64,000 nt of DNA from Candidatus Zixiibacteriota bacterium (GCA_028289585.1 JANQPI010000042.1:87337-151336), one strand, 5' to 3'. Positions 8,816-18,102 are shown, numbered from the stretch's first letter. Notes: generated from the sequence alone by a model not told the origin. Made by a program: numbers and translations.

Positions 8816-11488
8816 TCAATGCACGGCTGAACTCTCTTCGCTGAAGAGCGAGCGAATTTCCCAGTCCGGATGAGCGGCCAGAAGTTGACGATTGAGCCGA
8901 ATCTGATTCGGGTCGACGGCCAGCCGGTAATAGCCAAGGCGATTGTTTTCAACCAAGCCACCGGCGTCAACACCCGAAGGGGCAAGCTCTGATTTCATCC
9001 GATACAGGTAGCGGGCTTGATTGAAGCCGGTCTCCAGGTCGTCCTTGTAAACCCAGCCACTGTCTCCGTGGACTCGTCCGTGGGCGAGTTTGGTCAGATA
9101 TTTGAACGACTTGCCGGTCAACCGTACCGGTTGACCGTTCACCTTGATCAGAAATCGATCCCCCTCAAAACTTCCATCGATATCCAGCGACAGGTGATCA
9201 TCACCGGCGGAGACGATTGCCGTTGCACTTGGATACGCCATAGAATCCTCCTCTACATCACGTTGAATAAGCTTATCGATGTCCTGACATATCTGCTTGT
9301 TGCCGAGAATGGATTCGCGCCGGCTGAGAGACGCCTGACGCCAATCGTCGAGTGACCGAATTCCGGCGTGCCAGAGCGCCCCACAATCGCGTCGACCCAA
9401 GCGGTCCCCGGCCCGACGAACGAGATCCCGATACACCCGCGGCACGCCCATCTGACAAGCGAACGCTTCGTTTTCGAGATCGGACGCAACCTCATCGCTC
9501 AGACGCGCCGCTCGCATCAGCCCTGCCATGCCGCGCAGGCGATGAGCCACATCACGACCGAGCTGCTGAAACGCTCCCAACGACGCCCCGAAGTTCGCTT
9601 CCAAATCGGCAATTGATGTCAGTTGCTGCCACTCGCGGAAGGCGAGAATTGCTTTGATTCGCGCGGCCTCATGGAACGCAAGAGGCACGGTGGCGTGGGT
9701 GGTCGGAAGATGACCGGCAATCTCTGATAGCTTGGCATCGTCCGCGAATTCCTGATAGAGCCGCCGCACCCAGAGATTGGTGCGCCGTTCCAACGATGAC
9801 AACCAACCGGATGGTGCCCGCCAGCTTGGTGTATCGAGTGCCTCGGCCCACCAGGCCTCGGGCGCGGTCGGCCATCCCTGCCGCCAGCGATCAAGCAGAC
9901 GAATCGCCTCATCGACCGCAAAAATTGAATCGACGGTCGCCGCCCCGACATCGGTCGGCTCCCAGCAGACCGTTTCACCGAACGGACGCACCCGAATCAT
10001 GCCGGCGGCAACAAGCTGCCGGGCAGCAGCAGCAATAACCGAGTCGGTCGACTCTCGATCGGGGTCCAAAGCGTGCTGCCACAGACGAGAGGCATCTTCG
10101 GGCGTTCGGCAGCAACCGGTCACGATGAAGGCCAGCAGGCGATCCACCACCGGGCGAGAGGCCCATACCGACGTAATCTCCGGTTGCTGAGTGGGTGAAA
10201 AATACATCTCCCACACCCCCTCAGCATCGAGGCGATTCGCAGCCATCACGATCGCCCGGCCCGGTTGATCGGATAGTCCGAAGCGACCAGCTCGACCAAT
10301 CATGTTATCGAGATCAAGCGCCGGTACCGGAACGGGAACGGGTTCACCATTCCCGGTTCCGGCGTGATACCGTAGCGCTTCAAGGAAGACCGACGTGGCC
10401 GGAAGATTGACACCAAGCGCGAGCGTTGATGTTGCACAGATCAATCGAATGTCACCTCGCCGAAATCCGTGTTCAACGGCTCGACGTTGCGTCACGGAGA
10501 GATCTGCCGTGTGAAACGCAACCCCCGCAGAAAGCACCTGGCGCAATTGTGCCAGTAACCGCGAGGGCTCCTCCCCCGAGAGCGCGTGGAGTGTCGTTTC
10601 CGAAAGGCGGGACGGCAGACGACTGGCCAACGTTTGGGCAAGACGAACCGCCTCGGCCCGTGATTTGACAAAGACGAGCGTCGGCGGTGGCGCAGCAACC
10701 ATCGCATCGACAACCGCCTCGCGGATATCCTCCCACGTATCTCCATCCCCAAACGGTTCTTCGACTTCGGTACCGGTATTGAATGAGCGCAGCCGCAACT
10801 CGCCGGGTGATGCAACACCGTGCCAGAGATCAACCGGCCGCTGGTCGACAGCAACAACTCCGGCATCCAACCAGGTAGCCAGCTGCCGACAGGATCGATC
10901 GGACACGCGGCCAGCGAGAGCAAGAAGGCGCGGCCCCTCGTGACGCGCCCGGAGTGAGATAAGCAGCTGCTCGAGTTCACTCCCGCGCGCGCTGTCGGCC
11001 AGCATCTGCAGTTCATCGATCACCACCAGACCGAGTGACTCGAAGAGGGTGGGGAATCGACGCCACAACCGAATCCCCTTCTCGATAACCGCGACCACGA
11101 TCTCGAAATCTCCCCGTCCGATCTGCCGAACGGCGGAGGTGGCGTGATCGGCGGTCAGTCCCCGACAGCGGACATTCAGGGGCGCAAAGACGGTCTGCCA
11201 GCGCTCGACCAGCTCCTCGACCAAGGATTTGGTGGGAACGACAACGAGCGCCTTGCGGCGATCAAGGAGCGTTCTGGCGATCGCCAGTTCGGCGCAGAAT
11301 GACTTCCCCGACGACGTCGGACCGGAGATCAGGAGATTACCCAGAGATGCCTGTTGACCGGGAAAGCCGATCAATCCATTCTGGATCGCCGCGACCTGAA
11401 GCGGTAGCAACTCCCCCCGCTGCCGCCCCTGCCAGCCCTCAATCAGTACTCGAGGGAGGCCGTATGCAGTTACCTCGGCGAGTTGCAT
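8816..11488 (-). CDS. Ski2/Hel308-like SF2 helicase fused to a C-terminal winged-helix DNA-binding-like domain
   Basis: Q-motif LLPLQ, GPTSSGKS, DELQ, LVFVKSR, ATSTLALGVNLP, MIGRAGR; C-terminal VNGQPVRLTGKSFKYLTKLA...YLYRMKSEL...VENNRLGYYRL resembles an OmpR-type wHTH. Confidence 0.8.
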   Translation of the reverse strand: MQLAEVTAYGLPRVLIEGWQGRQRGELLPLQVAAIQNGLIGFPGQQASLGNLLISGPTSSGKSFCAELAIARTLLDRRKALVVVPTKSLVEELVERWQTVFAPLNVRCRGLTADHATSAVRQIGRGDFEIVVAVIEKGIRLWRRFPTLFESLGLVVIDELQMLADSARGSELEQLLISLRARHEGPRLLALAGRVSDRSCRQLATWLDAGVVAVDQRPVDLWHGVASPGELRLRSFNTGTEVEEPFGDGDTWEDIREAVVDAMVAAPPPTLVFVKSRAEAVRLAQTLASRLPSRLSETTLHALSGEEPSRLLAQLRQVLSAGVAFHTADLSVTQRRAVEHGFRRGDIRLICATSTLALGVNLPATSVFLEALRYHAGTGNGEPVPVPVPALDLDNMIGRAGRFGLSDQPGRAIVMAANRLDAEGVWEMYFSPTQQPEITSVWASRPVVDRLLAFIVTGCCRTPEDASRLWQHALDPDRESTDSVIAAAARQLVAAGMIRVRPFGETVCWEPTDVGAATVDSIFAVDEAIRLLDRWRQGWPTAPEAWWAEALDTPSWRAPSGWLSSLERRTNLWVRRLYQEFADDAKLSEIAGHLPTTHATVPLAFHEAARIKAILAFREWQQLTSIADLEANFGASLGAFQQLGRDVAHRLRGMAGLMRAARLSDEVASDLENEAFACQMGVPRVYRDLVRRAGDRLGRRDCGALWHAGIRSLDDWRQASLSRRESILGNKQICQDIDKLIQRDVEEDSMAYPSATAIVSAGDDHLSLDIDGSFEGDRFLIKVNGQPVRLTGKSFKYLTKLAHGRVHGDSGWVYKDDLETGFNQARYLYRMKSELAPSGVDAGGLVENNRLGYYRLAVDPNQIRLNRQLLAAHPDWEIRSLFSEESSAVH

Positions 11489-11491
11489 ACG

Positions 11492-11674
11492 CTATCCACA
11501 GCAACCATAGCCACAGCCCGGACAGACACTGCAACCGGACTGACGAATCATTCCGGCGCCACAATCAGGACAGGTTTCGGCATTGACAAAGGTCACCGGT
11601 GAGTGCTTGGCCACCCCCCAATCGAGGTCGTCACGAGTCTCAACGGCAGGTTTGATGGCGATCTGGTCTTCCAT
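11492..11674 (-). CDS. Small zinc-ribbon protein (60 aa)
   Basis: MEDQ... after SD GGGAGAG; CPDCG-x7-CSVCPGCGYGCCG; ends 3 nt before the helicase ATG. Confidence 0.7.
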   Translation of the reverse strand: MEDQIAIKPAVETRDDLDWGVAKHSPVTFVNAETCPDCGAGMIRQSGCSVCPGCGYGCCG

Positions 11675-11721
11675 GTTGGCTCTCCCAGTCTGCGATAGGC
11701 TGACTATCAGTGGTGCCCGGA

Positions 11722-11750
11722 TGTATACTGCACATTTGAGCATCTGTCAA
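11722..11750 (-). promoter_or_regulatory. Sigma70 promoter of the Zn-ribbon/helicase cassette
   Basis: TTGACA-17 nt-TATACA. Confidence 0.7.
11729..11742. promoter_or_regulatory. Putative LexA operator (TGCTC-AAAT-GTGCA) in the promoter spacer
   Basis: Imperfect palindrome between -35 and -10; matches the TGCNC-N4-GTGCA box known for Fibrobacter succinogenes LexA. Confidence 0.6.
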
Positions 11751-11815
11751 GCCGAAGGAGGCTTTTTTTATCGATTCTGAAGAGTGCTCGGCTGTAGTCG
11801 GTGGGAATTGAGCGT

Positions 11816-11845
11816 TGACGAAACCCGGCGTTCGGCCCTATCTTA
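11816..11845 (+). promoter_or_regulatory. Possible sigma70 promoter for the choice-of-anchor B gene
   Basis: TTGACG-18 nt-TATCTT, divergent from the helicase cassette promoter. Confidence 0.4.
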
Positions 11846-12007
11846 TTGTCTGTGGTTGGCTTACCTCACCTCACGCTGCCACCCACCAGTAAGATTCAGT
11901 TTACCCGAAACTGCCTGACTCCATGGACGTTTATAGATGTATGCCGGTGGGCGTAGCGCCCCCCGCCTCACTGTGTGACAGTCCGCCGAACATTTGAAGG
12001 AGCCGAA

Positions 12008-13858
12008 ATGACTCGGAAGTCGATCTCTTGCCATCTGATTGTCGCCGCGACGATTTTAGGACTCGCCATGGTCGCCGGGCCCGTAGGCGCCATTCCGCCA
12101 CCGCATCTCGTTGATTCGGCTCAGGCAGCGATGGAGGCGGCCGCGAACGGGCGAACGACTCCCACGACGCAGTCTGCCGCACAGGCGAGTGAGGCCGGAG
12201 ATTATCAGTTCTGTCTGCTCGATGAGGTGCAATTCACCAACTTTGGCGGAAGCGACATCTGGGGCTGGCAGCATCCGGATGGCCGAGAATACGCCTTCAT
12301 GGGGGTTTTTGAAGGGATCGCGGTCTACAACGTCACCGATCAGGTCCTTGTCGAGACGGTCATCGGTCCGCAGAACAACTGTGGCGGATCGTTCTGGCGC
12401 GATTTTAAGAACTACCAGAATTACCTCTACGCAGTCACCGAATGCACGGGTACCAATCAGGGGATTATCATTCTCGATCTGTCGACCCTGCCGAACTCGG
12501 TGACGTTTGTTGATCGCTTCGCCACCAGCTTCAATAACAACACCCACCACAATGTCTCAATCGATACCGTTCAGGGGTACCTGTACGCGGTCAACCCGCC
12601 CGACAACGGCGTCCGGGTGTGGAGCCTGGCGGATCCGGAAAACCCGCAGTTGATCGGTGACATCTTTACTGGTGATTGTCATGACATGTTCGCTCACAAC
12701 GACACTTTGTACGTTGCTGAGGGGAACAATAGTAGCTGGTCGATCTGGGATGTTTCCGACAAGCTGAATCCGGTTGAAATCGTCAATGTTATTATTCCCA
12801 ATTCAGGCTACGTTCACAACGTATGGCCAACTGCCGATCGCCGCTATGCGGGCACGACGGAGGAGACCGTTGGCAAGACGGTTAAAATCTGGGACATTCA
12901 GGACCTTCAAAACATCCAGCTGGTGGGCGAATATCCGGCGGTGAACAGCCTCGCCCACAACATTCATTTTGAAAATGGTCGCGGTTACATCTCATCGTAC
13001 AGCGCCGGCGTCGTGATTCTTGATATCTCCGACCCCAACAATCCCGTCGAGTCCGACCGCTTCGATACGTTTACCGCAAATGACAATCCGGCGTTCGATG
13101 GGTGCTGGGGGATCTACCCACACACAGCAACAGGCAAGATTTACGCATCGAATGACGACGGACGGCTCTTCATTTTCCAGGAAGTGCTGATCGCCGACGG
13201 TGATACGCTCAGAGCCGGATTCGAAACGGTCGAACCAGCCTCGCTCGTCTCGATCGACATCAACCTGACCAATGCCAATTCCGTAAACGAGATCGTTCTC
13301 CCCATCGACTGGAACGGGCCGTTCAATCTGCTGTTTGATTCGGTTTCCGTAGCTGGAACGCGGGCCGATGGATTCACACTGGCGCTTATCGCCGATGGTC
13401 GCGCGAGTGGCCGCGTTGTGTACGATCTCCTCGGAAACGGCCTCGAAATTCCGCCGGGTGATGGACCGATTGCGCGGGCCCACTTCCGCTTCCCCGGTGG
13501 AACACCGGCCGGTGACACGAATGTCGTACGCGTCGACGCAGCTCTCCTGCAGACGGCGAAGATTGCGAACGACTGTTTCTCGGTGAATCTCCCGAGCGTG
13601 GCGGGGGCGTTCGTTCTCCCCCCCGATCCTGCAACCTGCTGTGTTGGAACGACCGGGAATGTCGATTTCGATGGCGGCGATACGGTTGGGCTCCCCGACC
13701 TCTCGGCACTGATCGACCATCTCTTCATCTCGTTCGCACCGCTGTCATGTCCCGACGAGGGTGATATTAATGCCGATGGCGACGTTGGTCTTCCCGATCT
13801 CTCGGCGCTGATCGACAACCTCTTCATCACCTTCACGCCGTTGCCCAACTGTCCGTAG
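12008..13858 (+). CDS. Secreted choice-of-anchor B / LVIVD-repeat protein with cohesin-like and C-terminal dockerin-like domains
   Basis: SD GAAGGAG, signal peptide; SDIWGW..DGREYA, WRDFKNY, HN repeats, GCWGIYP; C-terminal CCVGTTGNVD...LPDLSALIDHLF / GDINADGDVGLPDLSALIDNLF...CP. Confidence 0.85.
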   Translation: MTRKSISCHLIVAATILGLAMVAGPVGAIPPPHLVDSAQAAMEAAANGRTTPTTQSAAQASEAGDYQFCLLDEVQFTNFGGSDIWGWQHPDGREYAFMGVFEGIAVYNVTDQVLVETVIGPQNNCGGSFWRDFKNYQNYLYAVTECTGTNQGIIILDLSTLPNSVTFVDRFATSFNNNTHHNVSIDTVQGYLYAVNPPDNGVRVWSLADPENPQLIGDIFTGDCHDMFAHNDTLYVAEGNNSSWSIWDVSDKLNPVEIVNVIIPNSGYVHNVWPTADRRYAGTTEETVGKTVKIWDIQDLQNIQLVGEYPAVNSLAHNIHFENGRGYISSYSAGVVILDISDPNNPVESDRFDTFTANDNPAFDGCWGIYPHTATGKIYASNDDGRLFIFQEVLIADGDTLRAGFETVEPASLVSIDINLTNANSVNEIVLPIDWNGPFNLLFDSVSVAGTRADGFTLALIADGRASGRVVYDLLGNGLEIPPGDGPIARAHFRFPGGTPAGDTNVVRVDAALLQTAKIANDCFSVNLPSVAGAFVLPPDPATCCVGTTGNVDFDGGDTVGLPDLSALIDHLFISFAPLSCPDEGDINADGDVGLPDLSALIDNLFITFTPLPNCP

Positions 13859-13892
13859 ACGGGCTGTACGCACCGCTTTCAGATAACGATTC

Positions 13893-13933
13893 AACACCGC
13901 TCGGTAAGCGTAAGCACCGAGCGGTGTTTCTTT
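13893..13933 (+). terminator. Intrinsic terminator
   Basis: 13-bp stem AACACCGCTCGGT/ACCGAGCGGTGTT followed by TCTTT. Confidence 0.75.
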
Positions 13934-14063
13934 GGTCCGTCGGTAGTCCACCACGATTTGTGTTGATACACTCGGCATCTGCCGCGCTCCCGACCCGTGG
14001 TCGAACCATCGGCGAGAGAGATGGACGTCATTGGGCAACCGTCGACACGCCAGACGTGGACCA

Positions 14064-14099
14064 TAAGAAAACGCCCCGGGGGATAACCCGCGGGGCGTT
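14064..14099 (-). terminator. Intrinsic terminator after tonB
   Basis: Stem AACGCCCCG...CGGGGCGTT followed by TTCTTA on the minus strand. Confidence 0.7.
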
Positions 14100-14128
14100 G
14101 GTACTGGCAGGTGCTTTGTCGCTGACGC

Positions 14129-14866
14129 CTAGTTCAACGTGAACTCATAGGTCCAAACAACCCAGACAAAGACCGGATTACCGTTCTGAATGCCGGGTTT
14201 GAACTTGCACTTGTAGGCAGCCTCTTCAGCGGCCAGGTCAAGACTTTCGACACCCGACGAGCGAGCGATCTTCACGTCCTGGACTTCGCCCTTCGGATTC
14301 ACCAGGCCCTGCACCGCAACCGTCCCGGTTAACCCGGCTTGGCGCGCCAACTGCGGGTAGTCAGGTTGTGCTCGTTCGAGCATCTCCGGCTGAATCTCCA
14401 GCGGCACAAAGTCCTCGGGAGCCGGGATGAAATCTTCCTGGATGTCGATGACGAGATCATCGCCCGGTCCCGCGCCTTGGTCGAACGTCGGCACAGAGAT
14501 ATCGGCCAGCTCCTGCTGAGTCGCAATGACGACATCCTCATCCATCAACTCGTCGTCGGCAACCGGGGTCGGAATACCGACTTTCGGCACCTGGACCTGC
14601 TGCTGGACCTGAACTTTGGGCGGCCGACGCTCAATCTGCGGCGGCGGCGGGATGTCGCGGATCGTCTGAATAACGACCGGCGCGGCGATAATCTCGGCCT
14701 CATCGGCGGCCGTCAGAATTTTATAGAGCACTGCCGAGCCGATAATCGTGAGGACGAGTCCGAGGGCGATCAGCGTCGCGAACGTGAAGTTCCGCTGGTA
14801 CTTCGCCTTTAGCTCGAACGCCCCGTACGGGGAGTAGAGCGGATTGTATTTATCTTTGTTGGCCAT
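14129..14866 (-). CDS. tonB: Energy transducer TonB
   Basis: N-terminal TM anchor, Pro-rich linker, YPQLARQAGLTGTVAVQGLV...FKPGIQNGNPV. Confidence 0.9.
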   Translation of the reverse strand: MANKDKYNPLYSPYGAFELKAKYQRNFTFATLIALGLVLTIIGSAVLYKILTAADEAEIIAAPVVIQTIRDIPPPPQIERRPPKVQVQQQVQVPKVGIPTPVADDELMDEDVVIATQQELADISVPTFDQGAGPGDDLVIDIQEDFIPAPEDFVPLEIQPEMLERAQPDYPQLARQAGLTGTVAVQGLVNPKGEVQDVKIARSSGVESLDLAAEEAAYKCKFKPGIQNGNPVFVWVVWTYEFTLN

Positions 14867-14913
14867 ACTGTTACCCCACCTTTTTGGCGGTTATCTATCC
14901 GTTATACACCGGA

Positions 14914-15564
14914 CTACAGTTTTCCTTCCGTCTGCGCCTGGTCGACGGCAGCCACCATAACCCGATCGTCGCGGTCCTCCCAGTTGCCAACCGCATATCG
15001 ATATGAAAAGCGCTCATTGCGCTCGAGGTCGAGAACATCCTTGTCCAGATCATTCGCGATCCGAGCGTTCCAGGATCGTTCAATAAGATCGATTTCGTCG
15101 AGAAGATTAATCAAATCTCCGTATGTGCCATCGGGATGAATCAGAATCAACGTCGACAGACGAGGATTCTCGCGGTTCTGGCCGATCAGCAGCGACTGCA
15201 GCGTATCGGCCCAGAACTGATAGGTGACCGTGTCCGGAGTGGCCGGTGCGGTCGGCAGCAGGTTCGGCAAGTTGCCACCCTCGGCGATCCCGAGATGCCA
15301 CCAGTAACGGCTTTCGCTGTCGACTCGGAGCGTGAGTAGGTTCGACTCACGAACCTCAAGTTCACCTTCCTGCTGCTCTTTCGGCGGCAGGTTGATCTCC
15401 ATCGCCTGCGGCATGGAGAAGACGGTCGTAACCATGTAGAAAATGAGAAGGAGAAACGCGATATCGACCATGGGGGTCATGTCGAGAATGATCGAGATTC
15501 GTCGTTTTGGCCGGCGCTTACCCTTTTGGGGTTTTTGTGCGCGTTCAGCTACTTCACCGCCCAT
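14914..15564 (-). CDS. exbD: Biopolymer transporter ExbD/TolR
   Basis: LDMTPMVDIAFLLLIFYMVTT. Confidence 0.9.
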   Translation of the reverse strand: MGGEVAERAQKPQKGKRRPKRRISIILDMTPMVDIAFLLLIFYMVTTVFSMPQAMEINLPPKEQQEGELEVRESNLLTLRVDSESRYWWHLGIAEGGNLPNLLPTAPATPDTVTYQFWADTLQSLLIGQNRENPRLSTLILIHPDGTYGDLINLLDEIDLIERSWNARIANDLDKDVLDLERNERFSYRYAVGNWEDRDDRVMVAAVDQAQTEGKL

Positions 15565-15668
15565 ACCGGCTATCCTTTATCTGGCGACTGTCATGTCAGT
15601 CTCTCCTACAGGGGCGACGACGTGACAGTATCTTTCGTTCAATGTGAACTGACGATCCCCATTTGGGA

Positions 15669-16139
15669 TCACTCAAGCTCGTTACTCGTGATGACCAGGA
15701 TCTGGTTGATATTGATATCCTGCATCTGACTCATCACGTCCTGCATCCGACCGAATGACGCTCCGGCATCGGCCTTGACAACAACCAGTGCCTTGGGGTT
15801 GACGGCACGTCCACGGCCAATTTCGACTGCGATTGAGTTATCCTGCACAGTCCGGACGCGACGCGCCTTGACTTCCTGCTGGACACCCTCAACGATCATC
15901 GGGACACGTTCGATCCAGTCGACATAGATCGAATCAAGCGCAGACACGGTAACGTTGATAATGTCTTTTTTAGGCAGCTCAATCTGGGAATGCGACGTCG
16001 GCAACTCGACGGCCTTCGCCTCCGGTGGTTTGAACTGAGTCGTCGCCATGTAGAAGATCAAGAGGAGGAACGCGATGTCTACCATCGGCGTCATATCCAG
16101 CTTGATCGAAACGCGGCGTTTCTTCTTGATCTTAGACAT
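15669..16139 (-). CDS. exbD: Biopolymer transporter ExbD/TolR
   Basis: LDMTPMVDIAFLLLIFYMATT, VVKAD motif. Confidence 0.9.
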   Translation of the reverse strand: MSKIKKKRRVSIKLDMTPMVDIAFLLLIFYMATTQFKPPEAKAVELPTSHSQIELPKKDIINVTVSALDSIYVDWIERVPMIVEGVQQEVKARRVRTVQDNSIAVEIGRGRAVNPKALVVVKADAGASFGRMQDVMSQMQDININQILVITSNELE

Positions 16140-16158
16140 AGTCGCTTACGCTTTGAGT

Positions 16159-16920
16159 TTAGCGTCCTTCTTTCGCCCGCAACAACTGCATGACTTCGAA
16201 CGATGCTTCGTCGGTCGTGTAGTTAAACGAGTCTACTTTGTTCACAAAGAAGTTGTAAAAGAAAATACCACCAATACCGGAGGCCAATCCACCAGCGGTG
16301 TTGATCAACGCTTCGGAGATTCCAACGGCGAGCTGCTGAGCATCGATGACTCCGCCCTCAACGTTACCGGTGGCAGCAAAGGCGCGAATCATACCGATCG
16401 TCGTTCCCAGAAGACCGACCATCGTAGCGATCGACGCAATCGTCGACATGGCAATCAGGTTACGTTCCAACAGCGGCCCTTCGAGCGCGTTCGCTTCCTC
16501 GATGGCGGCCTGCGTCATTTCGAGGCGCTTTTCGCCGTCAACCGACTCATCACCACGCAACGCCCGATACTGCTCAATGCCGGCACGCAGAACGTTGGCG
16601 GTGGTACCGCGCTGCTTGTCGCAGGCGGCCAGGGCACCGTCGTAGTCGTCGTTCTGAATCAGGGTGACAAGCTTCTTGAAGAAGACCTGCACCGACGATT
16701 TACCCTTGGCGACGCCGTAGAGGGAAAAGTAGCGCTCGATGGCGAAGACGATCAACATGATGAGGATCGCAATGAGCACGATAACGAGCGGGCCACCGTG
16801 GTAGATCGACTGCAAGATCGTACCCGGTTCGGCCTGCGCAAAGATACCATAGAACAGGCCAGCGCCGATCCCAAAAGCGACCAACGTGTTGAGAGTGATA
16901 AAGAGTGTTTGCTTAACCAC
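16159..16920 (-). CDS. exbB: MotA/TolQ/ExbB proton channel
   Basis: ATMVGLLGTTIGMIRAF, GISEALINTAGGL. Confidence 0.92.
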   Translation of the reverse strand: MVKQTLFITLNTLVAFGIGAGLFYGIFAQAEPGTILQSIYHGGPLVIVLIAILIMLIVFAIERYFSLYGVAKGKSSVQVFFKKLVTLIQNDDYDGALAACDKQRGTTANVLRAGIEQYRALRGDESVDGEKRLEMTQAAIEEANALEGPLLERNLIAMSTIASIATMVGLLGTTIGMIRAFAATGNVEGGVIDAQQLAVGISEALINTAGGLASGIGGIFFYNFFVNKVDSFNYTTDEASFEVMQLLRAKEGR

Positions 16921-16954
16921 GAGTCTGATTCCTCCAAACTATCTGCAGATTTCC

Positions 16955-18070
16955 CTAAATCTCAACTCCCTTGACCGCCAGCAGAATGAATCCGGCCATC
17001 GACACCAGAAGACCGATGGAGAGCGTGCCAAGATAGACAGCGACTCCATAGGCATCGCCGAGGCTGTTGTAGACGCTGGCGGCGTCAATTGCATACGTTC
17101 CCCCAAGGAACGACAGAGCGAATGTCAGGCTAACCACGATTGGCGCCACCCATCCGATTTTCAGCATCTTCTTGAGTTTCAAGGCAACGCTGTCGGCGTC
17201 CCCTTTCAGACCCCAGATTCCGTAGAGGCAATAGAACGGGCCAACGATGCAGAGCACCGTGTAAAGGACCAGTAAAACCGTCGTGAGAAGTATGCCGATT
17301 CCCGATCCAAAGAGCACCGATCCGGCGGGACCAAGCAAGCCGAATCCGCTGATACCGTTCCAGGTCGTGCGGTCGCGAATGACCTCCGTCCGCTGGATTG
17401 CGGCCGTAATCAACTGTTCCTGCGGATCCTCAGTCGGAATCGCTGCCGGCTCTGCGGGGGTGGCCGCCGCCGTGTCGGCAAGCGGGTCGATCTCCCCGGC
17501 CGGCATCAGAAGCGCAACGACGGGTTCACTCGCTGTTTCCACGAGCGCTGTCGCCGCCACCGTATCACCCACCGCAAGCAGATTGCGGACAGAGTCGATA
17601 GCCCCGACCGGAAGCAGCCCGGCGACTTGCGCCTGAACCTCTACCGAGGCGGCATCAAACTGCCCCAGCATAGTCGCGACATCAAATGGCGCCGCCGTTT
17701 CTGTCGGCGGCGGTGTTGGCGGCTCGTTCTCGACGATCGTTTCGTTGTAGACCGAATACCACGGCAGGAAGAGCGATGCGAGCACGAGGAGAGCCGCAAA
17801 TGTCATTACGACACGCTCGGAGAAGGAGACGCGCGGTTGCAGCAGCGTCGCATCCTCGCGGATAATATCCTGCTTGGACCGCTTCTCAGCGACCGTGGCG
17901 CGGAGTTTATCCTCCTCGCCGGGCCGGAACAATTCTCGGGGGTTACCGGGAAAGACATCGAAGCCGATATATGTCAGTCGCTGACGTTCGCTGACGCGAT
18001 TTTCGGCTTGCCCTGCGGAATCGTCACCCGACGATGATCCGCTCTCTTTTTCCATCTCGGTTTCAGCCAT
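16955..18070 (-). CDS. Uncharacterised polytopic membrane protein in the TPR-ExbBD-TonB operon
   Basis: 371 aa; one TM (LFLPWY), Pro/Ala/Thr-rich spacer, then about 4 TMs; short spacing to neighbours. Confidence 0.75.
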   Translation of the reverse strand: MAETEMEKESGSSSGDDSAGQAENRVSERQRLTYIGFDVFPGNPRELFRPGEEDKLRATVAEKRSKQDIIREDATLLQPRVSFSERVVMTFAALLVLASLFLPWYSVYNETIVENEPPTPPPTETAAPFDVATMLGQFDAASVEVQAQVAGLLPVGAIDSVRNLLAVGDTVAATALVETASEPVVALLMPAGEIDPLADTAAATPAEPAAIPTEDPQEQLITAAIQRTEVIRDRTTWNGISGFGLLGPAGSVLFGSGIGILLTTVLLVLYTVLCIVGPFYCLYGIWGLKGDADSVALKLKKMLKIGWVAPIVVSLTFALSFLGGTYAIDAASVYNSLGDAYGVAVYLGTLSIGLLVSMAGFILLAVKGVEI

Positions 18071-18102
18071 CGGTCTCCTGACGGCCGCTCCCGCATTCGA
18101 GT

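Noticed and set aside
6225-11488. Known defence system (BREX BrxL, Hachiman, DISARM)
   Set aside because: Lon is LonA-type with an N-domain; no pglX/pglZ, hamA, methylase or nuclease partners; no island-like context.
13934-14063. Possible ncRNA between two terminators
   Set aside because: Only weak terminal complementarity; no promoter or known motif.
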